The translations under genes and the position numbers were made by a program. From Bacteroidales bacterium (GTDB taxonomy: Bacteria; Bacteroidota; Bacteroidia; Bacteroidales; PWNQ01), in contig JAIPAE010000001.1 of assembly GCA_021740245.1 (NCBI GenBank), forward strand, positions 279-64,278: a stretch of DNA of 64,000 nt. The letters run 5' to 3'. The stretch's first letter is position 1, and each line of letters opens with the position of its first letter. The notes beneath the pieces are model-generated. The model was not told where the DNA came from and made no database searches. It saw only the letters and a list, made by a program, of their open reading frames with translations. Shown piece after piece: positions 9,482 to 18,882 of the stretch.

Positions 9482-10547
9482 GAATGTAATAATTCAAAGC
9501 TTCAATCAGAAGCTCTTCCGGAATTAACTGATCGTATTTGCCTTCTCCAATTTGGTTTAATAATGAACAGTTGATTTTATCCTGCTGGTTCTTTTTATCG
9601 TTTTTCATAATGGAAATAAGTTCCTGATCATTGTTTTCTCGAATTAATAATTTAGGGAAATTAAGATGAATGGTAGTCGTAATTGCTTCAAATTCTTTTT
9701 TCTGAAGTTTGTTGATTCTCATTGAAAGATATGATTCACACAATATTCCTGCAGCGACTGCATATCCATGGCTGACGGGCCGGTTCATACGGTTTAGAAA
9801 AGTCTCAAATGCATGTCCTAGCGTATGTCCGAAATTAAGTGTTTTTCTAATTCCTTTTTCCCATGGGTCTTGTTCAACAATTTCTGCTTTGATCAAAACA
9901 GAATATGTGATCAGGTCTTCCAGACTTTCAAAAGCTGTGAAAGATTTTTTCTTTAATATTTCCCATAATCCGGAATCGTTAATCAAAGCATATTTGAAAA
10001 TTTCAGCATAACCGGATAGAATTTCAGATTGAGGTAACGTTTTCAGAAAAACAGGGTTAATATAAACTGAATCGGGTTGCCTGTATGTTCCGATTGAATT
10101 TTTTATTTCATTCAGATTTACCGCATTTTTCCCTCCGATAGCAGCATCTACCATTCCCATCAATGTAGTGGGAATATTAATAAACGAAATACCTCTTTTA
10201 TAATTGGAAGCAACAAACCCACCTATGTCTGAGATGGTTCCTCCTCCCAGATTAATCAAAACAGAGTTCCGGTCAGCATGTTTCTGATTTAATTCTTTCC
10301 AGATAAACTCAGCAGTATTTATGCTTTTATTTTTTTCTCCTGCAGAAATACTTATAACAGAAATAACAGTTTTTTCAGGTATGTAATCCCGCAGGATTTC
10401 CAGACAATATTGCGATGTGTTTTCATCGGTCAGAATAAAAAATGATCGGTCTTTATAATCCCCGGATTCCAGCAAAGTTTTAAATACTGTAAGAGAGTCT
10501 TGCCCGGTAATGATATAATGATCAAGTAATTTTACCTGTTTATACAT
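9474..10547 (-). CDS. aroB: 3-dehydroquinate synthase
   Basis: Motifs GGGTISDIGGFVA, DAAIGGKNAVN and FGHTLGHAFE are present. The supplied ORF starts at a TTG (10574). I prefer the first ATG at 10547, but the start is uncertain. Confidence 0.88.
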   Translation of the reverse strand: MYKQVKLLDHYIITGQDSLTVFKTLLESGDYKDRSFFILTDENTSQYCLEILRDYIPEKTVISVISISAGEKNKSINTAEFIWKELNQKHADRNSVLINLGGGTISDIGGFVASNYKRGISFINIPTTLMGMVDAAIGGKNAVNLNEIKNSIGTYRQPDSVYINPVFLKTLPQSEILSGYAEIFKYALINDSGLWEILKKKSFTAFESLEDLITYSVLIKAEIVEQDPWEKGIRKTLNFGHTLGHAFETFLNRMNRPVSHGYAVAAGILCESYLSMRINKLQKKEFEAITTTIHLNFPKLLIRENNDQELISIMKNDKKNQQDKINCSLLNQIGEGKYDQLIPEELLIEALNYYIHG

Positions 10548-10677
10548 TGATGAAATTACTTTATTTTTGAACAAAATTAATCATTTTTACCTTGTATATA
10601 CAGAAATCAGAATAGCTTTAAACTTATAGGTCTTTTTGGCTTGTTTTAAGCATCACATTTAATGAAAAACATTGATT

Positions 10678-11844
10678 ATGATAGATTTTGAGAATACAGA
10701 AATAGGATTTAAAAGCAAATCAAACAGCGACTTGAGGAGAGCAGAGTTTTTGTTTAAAACCTTATCCAATCCATCAATCGTTAAACTGGGGAAAATTTTC
10801 ACAAATGCTGCCTTATCCATAGGTTTTCCTGTTGGCTGGGCTGTAAAACCAACTGTTTACAAGCATTTTGTCGGTGGAGAAACTATAGAAAAATGTCAGC
10901 CTGTTGTTGAGGTATTAGGCCAGCACAATGTAAAGGCCATTCTTGATTATTCGGTAGAGGGGACGGATGATCCTGAAACGATAGAAAGTGCTTTGGAAGA
11001 AACCCAGCGCTCCATTGATAATGCTTCCCGTGAAAATAATATCCCTTTTGCTGTTTTTAAACCCACAGCTTTTGGTGATTCTTTGATGCTCCAAAAAGCT
11101 TCTGTTGATTCACCTTTATCCGAATCGGACAAAAAAGAAAAAGCACTTTTTTTTGATCGAATAGACCGTTTATGCAAAACAGCTTTTGAAAAGAAAGTTC
11201 CGGTTTTAATTGATGCTGAAGATTACGCTTTTCAGAAACATATTGACCATGTTGTAGAGGAAATGATGAAAAAGTATAACCGGGAAGAAACCATAGTATT
11301 TAACACTTTGCAGATGTATCGTAAAGATCGTTTGGACTTTCTGAAAGAAAGCATTGCAAAGGCAAGAACCGACAGTTATTATTACGGAGTAAAATTTGTG
11401 CGGGGAGCTTATATGGAAAAAGAACGGGAACGTGCAGAACGCATGGGGTATGAAGATCCTGTTCAGCCGGATAAAGAATCAACAGACCGGGATTACAATG
11501 CTGCGCTGAAGTATTCAGTGGAAAATCTGGATATAGTAACTGTTTTTAACGGAACTCATAATGAGTATAGCTCTGAATATCTTACGAAACTCATGAAAGA
11601 ACACAATATCAATAAAGATGACAAAAGGGTTTGGTTCTCGCAGTTGTACGGAATGAGTGATCATATCAGTTTTAATCTTGCTGAAGAAGGATATAATGTG
11701 GCTAAATATGTTCCTTACGGGCCGGTAAAACATGTTTTGCCTTACCTAATCCGGAGAGCAGAAGAAAATACTTCCGTAAAAGGGCAGACCGGAAGGGAAC
11801 TAAAATTAATACTTCAAGAGAAAAAACGTCGCCGGAATAAGTGA
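10678..11844 (+). CDS. Proline dehydrogenase (monofunctional)
   Basis: About 388 aa with the C-terminal motif YVPYGPVKHVLPYLIRRAEENTS typical of proline dehydrogenases. ATG at 10678 is preferred over TTG at 10672. Confidence 0.85.
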   Translation: MIDFENTEIGFKSKSNSDLRRAEFLFKTLSNPSIVKLGKIFTNAALSIGFPVGWAVKPTVYKHFVGGETIEKCQPVVEVLGQHNVKAILDYSVEGTDDPETIESALEETQRSIDNASRENNIPFAVFKPTAFGDSLMLQKASVDSPLSESDKKEKALFFDRIDRLCKTAFEKKVPVLIDAEDYAFQKHIDHVVEEMMKKYNREETIVFNTLQMYRKDRLDFLKESIAKARTDSYYYGVKFVRGAYMEKERERAERMGYEDPVQPDKESTDRDYNAALKYSVENLDIVTVFNGTHNEYSSEYLTKLMKEHNINKDDKRVWFSQLYGMSDHISFNLAEEGYNVAKYVPYGPVKHVLPYLIRRAEENTSVKGQTGRELKLILQEKKRRRNK

Positions 11845-11987
11845 TATAATTAAAAGTTGATATTTTGAATTGATTTACAAAATTGTTGGTTTGTTAATGT
11901 TAAATTAAAATTAGTGTATCCAAAGTGACTTTGAACCGATTTATTTTTATTTTTGTCCGCTATAGAAACTTAACTAACATTTTTATT

Positions 11988-12977
11988 ATGAATCGTAAAG
12001 TATTTTACAGTTTAATGATTCTTGCACTGGCTTTTGTATTTTCAACGGGATGTGACAAGGATGATGATGATGACAATTCCAATTTAACAGCCAAACAGAA
12101 AGCCGTAAAGGATTATGAAGATAATTATCTGGCGACAGAACTTTCTGATCCGGGCTGGACAGGAAGCGTAAACGGATGTAATGCCGGTTCGGTAAGCCAG
12201 GAATCGCATAACAAAGTAGTTCAGCGAATTAACTATTTTCGCCGCATTTGTGGATTGAATGATGATATAGCGCACAATGCATCTCAAAATGACATGTGCC
12301 AGGAATGTGCACTAATTATGAAAGCAAATAACAGCTTGAGTCATTATCCGCCTCAAAGCTGGCAATGCTGGACACAGGACGGTTATGATGCAGCAGGAGC
12401 ATCTAATATTGCCTGGAGCTCACAACCTGGTACCATGCATTCTACTTATGCTGTTACTGGTTATATTGAAGACCCGGGTGCCAACAACAAATCCGTAGGT
12501 CACCGTGCTGCATTGTTATTGCCTGGACTTGAAAAAGTAGGTCATGGGTCTACTGATCAGACGAATGCTATTTTGTGGATGGAAGGAAATTATAACCAAA
12601 ATGGAACATCTGATCCTTTTGTAGCTTATCCTCCTGATAATTATATCCCCGGTGAGCTGGTTTTCCCACGCTGGTCCTTCAGTATTACTCAGGCGAATTT
12701 TGACAATGCCCAGGTTACTGTTTCCTCAGGTGGACAGAATTATAATGTGAGTTATGAAGACCGCATTACATTCCAGGGATGGCCGGATTCACGTATTGTT
12801 TGGAAAGTGCAGGGACTCACTTATCCAATTACAAAAGATATGGATTTTGATGTAACAGTTTCCAATATTCAAAATGCTGCCCAGGATTCATACAGCTACA
12901 CCGTGAAAGTATTTGCAACCTCAGCAGCTAAGAAAATTGCCAAAGAAGGTAAAAAATACGACTACATCATTAAATAA
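11988..12977 (+). CDS. CAP/SCP domain-containing lipoprotein
   Basis: The internal ATG at 11988 gives a signal peptide plus lipobox (MNRKVFYSLMILALAFVFSTGC). A CAP-like core follows (VVQRINYFRRICGL ... GHRAALL). Confidence 0.7.
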   Translation: MNRKVFYSLMILALAFVFSTGCDKDDDDDNSNLTAKQKAVKDYEDNYLATELSDPGWTGSVNGCNAGSVSQESHNKVVQRINYFRRICGLNDDIAHNASQNDMCQECALIMKANNSLSHYPPQSWQCWTQDGYDAAGASNIAWSSQPGTMHSTYAVTGYIEDPGANNKSVGHRAALLLPGLEKVGHGSTDQTNAILWMEGNYNQNGTSDPFVAYPPDNYIPGELVFPRWSFSITQANFDNAQVTVSSGGQNYNVSYEDRITFQGWPDSRIVWKVQGLTYPITKDMDFDVTVSNIQNAAQDSYSYTVKVFATSAAKKIAKEGKKYDYIIK

Positions 12978-13003
12978 TAATAGTTTTACATCTAATTGAA
13001 AAG

Positions 13004-13036
13004 GCAGGATTATTCTTCATAAATCCTGCTTTTTTT
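13004..13036. terminator. Bidirectional intrinsic terminator between the convergent CAP-domain gene and ald
   Basis: The stem is GCAGGATT (13004-13011) / AATCCTGC (13022-13029). It is preceded by AAAA and followed by a T7 run. Confidence 0.7.
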
Positions 13037-14261
13037 ATCCGTGAAATGCAGCCATTAACAAATCTATATCTTTATATGGAAGATTAAAATAGTCACTGAT
13101 ATATTTATTAGTGATAACCCCATTATAAATATATGTACCATTTCTGAGACCTTTGTTTTTTCGCAGCATATTTTGAATACCGCCTTCTTCAGCAATATTA
13201 AGCATCATAGGGGCAAAATAATTACTGAGAGCATGTGATGCTGTATTTGGAACCTTTGATGCTATATTTGGAACCCCATAATGAATCAGTCCATGCTTGA
13301 TAAATATCGGGTCTGCATGTGAAGTGATGCGTGAGGTTTCAAAACATCCTCCCTGATCAATGCTGATATCAATAATCACTGAGCCTTTTTGCATTCCCTG
13401 CAACATTTCTTCTGTCACAATCACAGGTGAGTGGTTATTTTGTGTGTGCATGGCTCCAATTACGACATCGGCTTCTTCCAATATTTCCTTCAGGTTATTA
13501 TTTTGAATAATAGACGTATAAACCTTTGTATTCAGCAGGTGCTGGATACGCCTAAGCTTACTGATTGTGTGATCAAATATCTTGACAGAAGCTCCCTGAG
13601 CAATTGCTGCCCGGGAAGCTGCCTCCCCTACATTACCGGCACCCAGGATAACAACTTCTACCGGAGGAATACCGGGAAAGCCACCTAACATTTTGCCCTT
13701 TCCAATATCCGGATTACTAAGATATTCGCTGGCAACCAGCATAGCCGTGTTTCCAGCTATTTCACTTATTGACATTCGTATTGGATACACATCGTTTTCA
13801 TCTTTAAGATGCTCAAATGATACAGCCGTGACTTTTTTCGGCAACATTTGCTTGAAATATTCTGATGTTTGGGCTGTAAGATGCAGTGCTGATATTATCG
13901 TTTGCCGCTCCTTAAAAAGCTCTATATCACTTTCTACTGGTGGTGCAATTTTCAAAATAATATCTGCCTGATAAACTTCTTTGCGTGTAGCTACAATATA
14001 AGCTCCGGCTTCACTGTATTCCGAATCACTGAAGTTGGCCGATGTTCCGGCATCTTTTTCTATAATTACCTGATGACCGTTCTCGGTGAGTAACTCAACT
14101 GCTGAGGGAATTAATGCTATTCGCTTTTCCTGATATGTGTTTTCGCGGGGCAAGCCTATGATAAGCTTGTCTTTTTTCTTCTCTACTTCAAGCATCTCTT
14201 CCTGGGGAAGAAGTTTGCCTTGTTGTCCATAAGAAAATATTTTCTTACTGCCGGTACTCAT
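13035..14261 (-). CDS. Alanine dehydrogenase / NAD(P) transhydrogenase alpha-like dehydrogenase
   Basis: 408 aa with Rossmann motif VVILGAGNVGEAA and an AlaDH/PNT N-terminal domain (GLPRENTYQEKRIALIP). Confidence 0.8.
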   Translation of the reverse strand: MSTGSKKIFSYGQQGKLLPQEEMLEVEKKKDKLIIGLPRENTYQEKRIALIPSAVELLTENGHQVIIEKDAGTSANFSDSEYSEAGAYIVATRKEVYQADIILKIAPPVESDIELFKERQTIISALHLTAQTSEYFKQMLPKKVTAVSFEHLKDENDVYPIRMSISEIAGNTAMLVASEYLSNPDIGKGKMLGGFPGIPPVEVVILGAGNVGEAASRAAIAQGASVKIFDHTISKLRRIQHLLNTKVYTSIIQNNNLKEILEEADVVIGAMHTQNNHSPVIVTEEMLQGMQKGSVIIDISIDQGGCFETSRITSHADPIFIKHGLIHYGVPNIASKVPNTASHALSNYFAPMMLNIAEEGGIQNMLRKNKGLRNGTYIYNGVITNKYISDYFNLPYKDIDLLMAAFHG

Positions 14262-14707
14262 ATGTGCTGTTTTGACCGGATTGAATCAGTTCTTTGATAA
14301 CTTATCAATCGTTGTTTATTTCCTGTTATTTCAATGCTTAAATATACGAAATTTTCCGGTAAAAGTTCAGCAATTTGTTCAGGCCATTCTATAAAACAAT
14401 AGTTACCCGAGAAAAAATAATCTTCATACCCGATATCAAAAGCTTCTTCAATAGTCTCCATACGGTAAAAATCAAAATGATAAATATTCCCGAATTCTTC
14501 TGAATAATATACATTGATCAAAGAAAACGTAGGTGAACTGGGCTCTTCCAAAATATTCAATGCTGAGCAAAATGATTTTATAAAAGTAGTTTTGCCCGCT
14601 CCCATTTTACCTTGAACAGCAAATATCCTTTGATTTGGATATTCTTCAAGAATTTCTTTTGCAGCTTTGTCCAGATCCAAAGGAGAAAATACTTCTATCT
14701 TTTTCAT
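14258..14707 (-). CDS. tsaE: tRNA threonylcarbamoyladenosine biosynthesis ATPase TsaE
   Basis: 149 aa with P-loop VQGKMGAGKTTFIK and an HFDFYR motif. The 4-nt ATGA overlap with ald suggests coupling. Its ATG lies inside the repeat junction motif. Confidence 0.85.
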   Translation of the reverse strand: MKKIEVFSPLDLDKAAKEILEEYPNQRIFAVQGKMGAGKTTFIKSFCSALNILEEPSSPTFSLINVYYSEEFGNIYHFDFYRMETIEEAFDIGYEDYFFSGNYCFIEWPEQIAELLPENFVYLSIEITGNKQRLISYQRTDSIRSKQHI

Positions 14708-14813
14708 CTGTTTATAATTTTGATTTTAGCGGTCAGATGGAACTCACGATGAATTTTAATCATTCTCGTGTGTGTATTTTAGAATGCTAAAATTCATGTT
14801 CGTTTCATCTGTT
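14703..14813 (-). repeat. Intergenic repeat, type B unit (111 bp, identical to 58210-58320)
   Basis: My position-by-position comparison shows identity with 58210-58320. It contains a 78-nt imperfect palindrome (14734-14811) and the junction 20-mer at 14703-14722. Confidence 0.9.
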
Positions 14814-14821
14814 AAGTTTAT

Positions 14822-16378
14822 TTATTTAGGATTTAAAACCGCAAAAGGAATTAATAATTCTTCCATTGAAATTCCACCATGCTGGAATGTATCTTTGTAC
14901 ATATTTACATATTGATTGTAGTTATTGGGATATACCAGAAAATCAAAGTTGCGGGTAAATACGTATGATGTTGAAACATTGATTTTTGGCAGGAACAATT
15001 TTTCGGGTTCTTTTACTTCATACACTTCTTTGGCTTTATATTGCAAATTTTTCCCGAATTTATAGCGCAGATTGGTATTTGTATTCCTGTCGCCCAGAAT
15101 TTTGACCGGATTTTTTGTTTTTACCGATCCGTGATCAGTAGTGATAATTACTCTGACATTCTCATCAGAAAGGTCTTCCAGTATTTCTTTTAATGGGGAA
15201 TGCATGAACCAGCTCTTGGTAATCGACCGGTAAGCCATTTCATCTTCAGCAAGTTCTTTAATCACTTCCATATCCGTGCGGGCATGCGACAATGTATCAA
15301 TGAAGTTATATACAATAATGTTTAGTTTATTATTAATTAGGTTTGGGAGTTTATCAACCAGTTTACGCCCGGCATTTAAGTTAAGTATTTTATTATAAGA
15401 ATATGACAAATCACTTTTCCCAAAACGTTTTAACATCTCACCCAGAAGTTGTTCTTCATATTTGTTTTTCGTTTCCTCTTCATACTCATCTACCCAGTAA
15501 TCCGGATATTTTTTCTTGATCTCATTAGGTAGCAACGCTGAAAAAAGGGAATTTCTGGCATATTGGGTAGCTGATGGGATGATACCGTAATAAATATCAT
15601 CCAGTTCAGTAGTATAATTTTCTTCGATGACAGGCTGTAGCGTTTTCCACTGATCATAGCGCAGGTTATCTATCAATATGAAGTATGTTGGAATATCATC
15701 ATTCAGAAAGGGAAAAAGTTTGTCCCTTAGCAAAGTATGTGATAATGTCGGTATGTTTTCCTGATTACCATGCAACCAATCTTCATAATGATGCTCATAG
15801 AATTTACTGAATACCTGATTGGCTTCTTCTTTCTGGGAATCGAGTATATCCTGAATGCTGCTATCTGTAGTTGCTTCCAGCTCCAATTCCCATTTTACAA
15901 GCTTTCTGTAAACATCAATCCAATCATTGTGGTCAAGGTTCTGATTGATCTCCATACCAATTCTGGTAAATTGTTGTTGGTACGAGTGCGTAGTTTTATC
16001 ACTAACAAGTTTTTTTGTTTCCAGAATTTTCTTGAGAGAAGACAGGATTTGTTTAGGATTGACCGGTTTGATCAGGTAATCCTCAATCCGGGAGCCAAAA
16101 GCTTCTTCCATTATATTTTCTTCCTCACTTTTGGTAATCATTATTACAGGAAGGTTGGGCCGGATATTTTTAACCTCTTCCAATGTTTCTATGCCTGACA
16201 TACCAGGCATTTGTTCATCCAGTAAAACAACATCGAAATTTTCTTCTTTTATTAATTCAAGAGCATCGCCTCCATTATTGACTGTAATCAGTTCATAGCC
16301 TTTTTCTTCTAAAAAAATGACATGTGCCTTAAGCATATCTATCTCATCATCGGCCCATAAAATCTTTATTTTATTCAT
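14822..16378 (-). CDS. porX: PglZ-domain response regulator (PorX-like regulator of T9SS)
   Basis: 518 aa. The N-terminal receiver (ILWADDEIDML ... VLLDEQMPGMSG) is followed by a PglZ/alkaline-phosphatase-like domain (ITTDHGS). This architecture is typical of Bacteroidota PorX. Confidence 0.8.
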   Translation of the reverse strand: MNKIKILWADDEIDMLKAHVIFLEEKGYELITVNNGGDALELIKEENFDVVLLDEQMPGMSGIETLEEVKNIRPNLPVIMITKSEEENIMEEAFGSRIEDYLIKPVNPKQILSSLKKILETKKLVSDKTTHSYQQQFTRIGMEINQNLDHNDWIDVYRKLVKWELELEATTDSSIQDILDSQKEEANQVFSKFYEHHYEDWLHGNQENIPTLSHTLLRDKLFPFLNDDIPTYFILIDNLRYDQWKTLQPVIEENYTTELDDIYYGIIPSATQYARNSLFSALLPNEIKKKYPDYWVDEYEEETKNKYEEQLLGEMLKRFGKSDLSYSYNKILNLNAGRKLVDKLPNLINNKLNIIVYNFIDTLSHARTDMEVIKELAEDEMAYRSITKSWFMHSPLKEILEDLSDENVRVIITTDHGSVKTKNPVKILGDRNTNTNLRYKFGKNLQYKAKEVYEVKEPEKLFLPKINVSTSYVFTRNFDFLVYPNNYNQYVNMYKDTFQHGGISMEELLIPFAVLNPK

Positions 16379-16488
16379 CTTCTGTTTTTTGTTTTTTAAA
16401 TTACGGTTATCTAAACCATTTATTGTAATGATTTCCTTTTATTTTTACAAATTAAAACGGATTTATCAGGACAAAAATAATACAGGAA

Positions 16489-17739
16489 ATGTCAGAATAC
16501 TATTTAAATAAAAAGAAAATTCTCAATGATCCGGTTTTCGGTTTTATAACAATTCCGTATGACTTAATATATGATATCTTAGAACATCCGTGGTTTCAAC
16601 GTTTGCGTAGAATCAAACAACTGGGATTAACCTATTTGGTATATCCCGGAGCCCTGCATACACGTTTTCATCATGCAATTGGTGCAATGGGATTGATGCA
16701 GGAGACTATTAAGGTTTTAGAGGATAAAGGACATCCGATCACCGATGAAGAAAAGCTTGGTGTTTATTTAGCAATTTTGCTGCATGATATTGGCCATGGT
16801 CCTTTCTCTCATGCATTGGAATATTCCATTGTAAATTCATTGAAACATGAGCAGGTTTCGTTGCTTTTTATGGAAAAACTTAATAAAGATTTTGACGGAC
16901 AATTAGAAACAGCGATACAAATATTTAAAGATGAATATCCTAAAAAGTTTTTGCATCAACTAGTGTCAGGTCAGCTTGATATCGACCGTTTGGATTACCT
17001 CAAACGAGATTCCTTTTTTACAGGAGTTTCCGAGGGGGTTATCGGTACCGAGCGAATTATTAAAATGTTAAATATTGTTGATGATCAGTTGGTAATTGAG
17101 GCAAAAGGAATTTATTCAATAGAAAAATTTATACTGGCCAGGCGACTGATGTATTGGCAGGTTTATTTGCATAAGACGGTTTTGAGTGCGGAAAAAATGC
17201 TGGTTAAAACATTAACCAGAGCCAAAGAATTATCTCTGAAGGGGGAGCATTTATTTGCTACACCGGCTTTGTCATTTTTCTTAAAAGGAAATTATAACCT
17301 TAACGATATTATATCCGACGAGCATGTATTGCAAAATTATGCCCGGTTGGATGATTCAGATATTACTTCTGCAATTAAAGTTTGGAGTGATCATAATGAT
17401 AAAGTGCTGCGAAATTTTTCTTTTGATCTGTTAAATAGAAATCTCTTTAGAATTGAATTGCAAAATACCCCTTTTGATGAAGAAAAAATTTTACAACTAC
17501 AGGAAAAATGGATAAGTATGAATCCCGGTTATGGAGATTTAAAAAATTATTATGTGTTCAAAGGAATAACTGAAAACAATGCATATAATCCAGATATGGA
17601 AAATATCAAAGTTTTAATGAAAGGAGGCATCTTAAAAGACCTAATGGATGCTTCAGAAGAATTAAATGTTACAACTGTTACTCAAACTGAACATAAACAT
17701 TATCTTTGCTATCCAAAGATACTGGTGAAAAATAACTGA
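16489..17739 (+). CDS. HD-domain phosphohydrolase (dNTPase/SAMHD1-like family)
   Basis: 416 aa with HTRFHHAIG and LLHDIGHGPFSH motifs. Confidence 0.8.
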   Translation: MSEYYLNKKKILNDPVFGFITIPYDLIYDILEHPWFQRLRRIKQLGLTYLVYPGALHTRFHHAIGAMGLMQETIKVLEDKGHPITDEEKLGVYLAILLHDIGHGPFSHALEYSIVNSLKHEQVSLLFMEKLNKDFDGQLETAIQIFKDEYPKKFLHQLVSGQLDIDRLDYLKRDSFFTGVSEGVIGTERIIKMLNIVDDQLVIEAKGIYSIEKFILARRLMYWQVYLHKTVLSAEKMLVKTLTRAKELSLKGEHLFATPALSFFLKGNYNLNDIISDEHVLQNYARLDDSDITSAIKVWSDHNDKVLRNFSFDLLNRNLFRIELQNTPFDEEKILQLQEKWISMNPGYGDLKNYYVFKGITENNAYNPDMENIKVLMKGGILKDLMDASEELNVTTVTQTEHKHYLCYPKILVKNN

Positions 17740-17787
17740 ATTTTACATTTTATATCATAATTATTTCTATTTATAACTAAGTTACAC

Positions 17788-17795
17788 TACTTTTG
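17788..17795 (+). promoter_or_regulatory. Bacteroidota -7 promoter box (TAnnTTTG) upstream of lpxD
   Basis: TACTTTTG lies 23 nt upstream of the lpxD ATG. Confidence 0.5.
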
Positions 17796-17817
17796 CAACA
17801 GTTTTAAAAATGCATAG

Positions 17818-18861
17818 ATGAAGTTTACAGCAAATGATATTGCCAATCTAATTGAAGGCAAACTGGAAGGAGACCCAGGTGTAATTGTCAATAAAGTATC
17901 TAAGATAGAAGATGGGCAACCTGGCTCAGTTTCTTTCCTTGCTAACCCGAAATATACTCCCTACATATATACCAGCAATGCTTCCATTGTGATTGTTGAC
18001 GATCATTTCGAACCTGAAAAGCCGGTTAAACCAACGCTAATAAAGGTTAATGACCCATACGGAGCTTTTGCAAAGTTGCTGGAGATATACAATAATATTA
18101 AGCATAAAAAATCAGGGATTTCTGACAAATCGGATATAGCAGAGACTGCAAAAATCGGTAAAAATGTTTTTATCGGGCCTTTTGTAAGCATTGGAGAAAA
18201 TACAGAAATAGGAGATAATGTAAATATCTATGCAAATACGTTTATTGGTGAAAATGTAAAGATTGGCGCTGATTGTTTGATATTCAGCAATGTAAATATT
18301 TATCCGGATTGCATGATCGGAGCTAATGTCACCTTGCATGCCGGTGTGGTAATAGGAAGTGATGGTTTTGGTTTTGCTCCTCAACAGGATAATAATTATA
18401 AGAAGGTGGCTCAGATTGGAAATGTGATTATTGAAGATCATGTTGAGATAGGTGCAAATACGACAATTGACCGTGCAACAATGGGTTCGACCATCATAAG
18501 AAAAGGTGTTAAACTGGATAATCTGATTCAGATCGCTCATAATGTTGAAGTTGATGAGAACACTGTAATAGCTGCACTTACAGGTGTTTCCGGTTCCGCT
18601 AAAATAGGCCGTAATTGCATGATCGGAGGACAAGTAGGTATAGTTGGCCACCTTCAAATTGCTGATGAGGTCAGAATAGCAGCACAGGCAGGCGTTTCCT
18701 CTTCAATAAAAGAAAAAGGATTTACAGCTCTGGGGTCTCCGGCTATAGATTATAACAATTATAAAAAATCTTATATACACTTTAAAAATCTACAAACTCT
18801 TGTAGATAAAATTGCATACCTGGAAAAAGAACTTAAAAAACTTAAAGCAAAGAATAATTAA
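17818..18861 (+). CDS. lpxD: UDP-3-O-(3-hydroxyacyl)glucosamine N-acyltransferase
   Basis: 347 aa with a left-handed beta-helix of hexapeptide repeats. It is the first gene of the lpxD / lpxC-fabZ / lpxA cluster. Confidence 0.9.
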   Translation: MKFTANDIANLIEGKLEGDPGVIVNKVSKIEDGQPGSVSFLANPKYTPYIYTSNASIVIVDDHFEPEKPVKPTLIKVNDPYGAFAKLLEIYNNIKHKKSGISDKSDIAETAKIGKNVFIGPFVSIGENTEIGDNVNIYANTFIGENVKIGADCLIFSNVNIYPDCMIGANVTLHAGVVIGSDGFGFAPQQDNNYKKVAQIGNVIIEDHVEIGANTTIDRATMGSTIIRKGVKLDNLIQIAHNVEVDENTVIAALTGVSGSAKIGRNCMIGGQVGIVGHLQIADEVRIAAQAGVSSSIKEKGFTALGSPAIDYNNYKKSYIHFKNLQTLVDKIAYLEKELKKLKAKNN

Positions 18862-18882
18862 AGCATGTTATAATAAAGATTT

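Noticed and set aside
15770-16198. Long antisense or overlapping ORFs: 15770-16198, 29415-29807, 36103-36537, 59283-59726, 63084-63437, 40802-41122 and others in the track
   Set aside because: Each is embedded in a well-supported CDS on the other strand or in another frame. None has a recognisable motif, and their amino-acid composition is skewed.
18112-18657. A 181-aa antisense ORF inside lpxD, and a 127-aa antisense ORF at 18858-19241 inside lpxC/fabZ
   Set aside because: They lie entirely within strongly supported genes on the opposite strand. Their translations are low complexity (I/Y/C-rich), as expected for the antisense of hexapeptide-repeat DNA.
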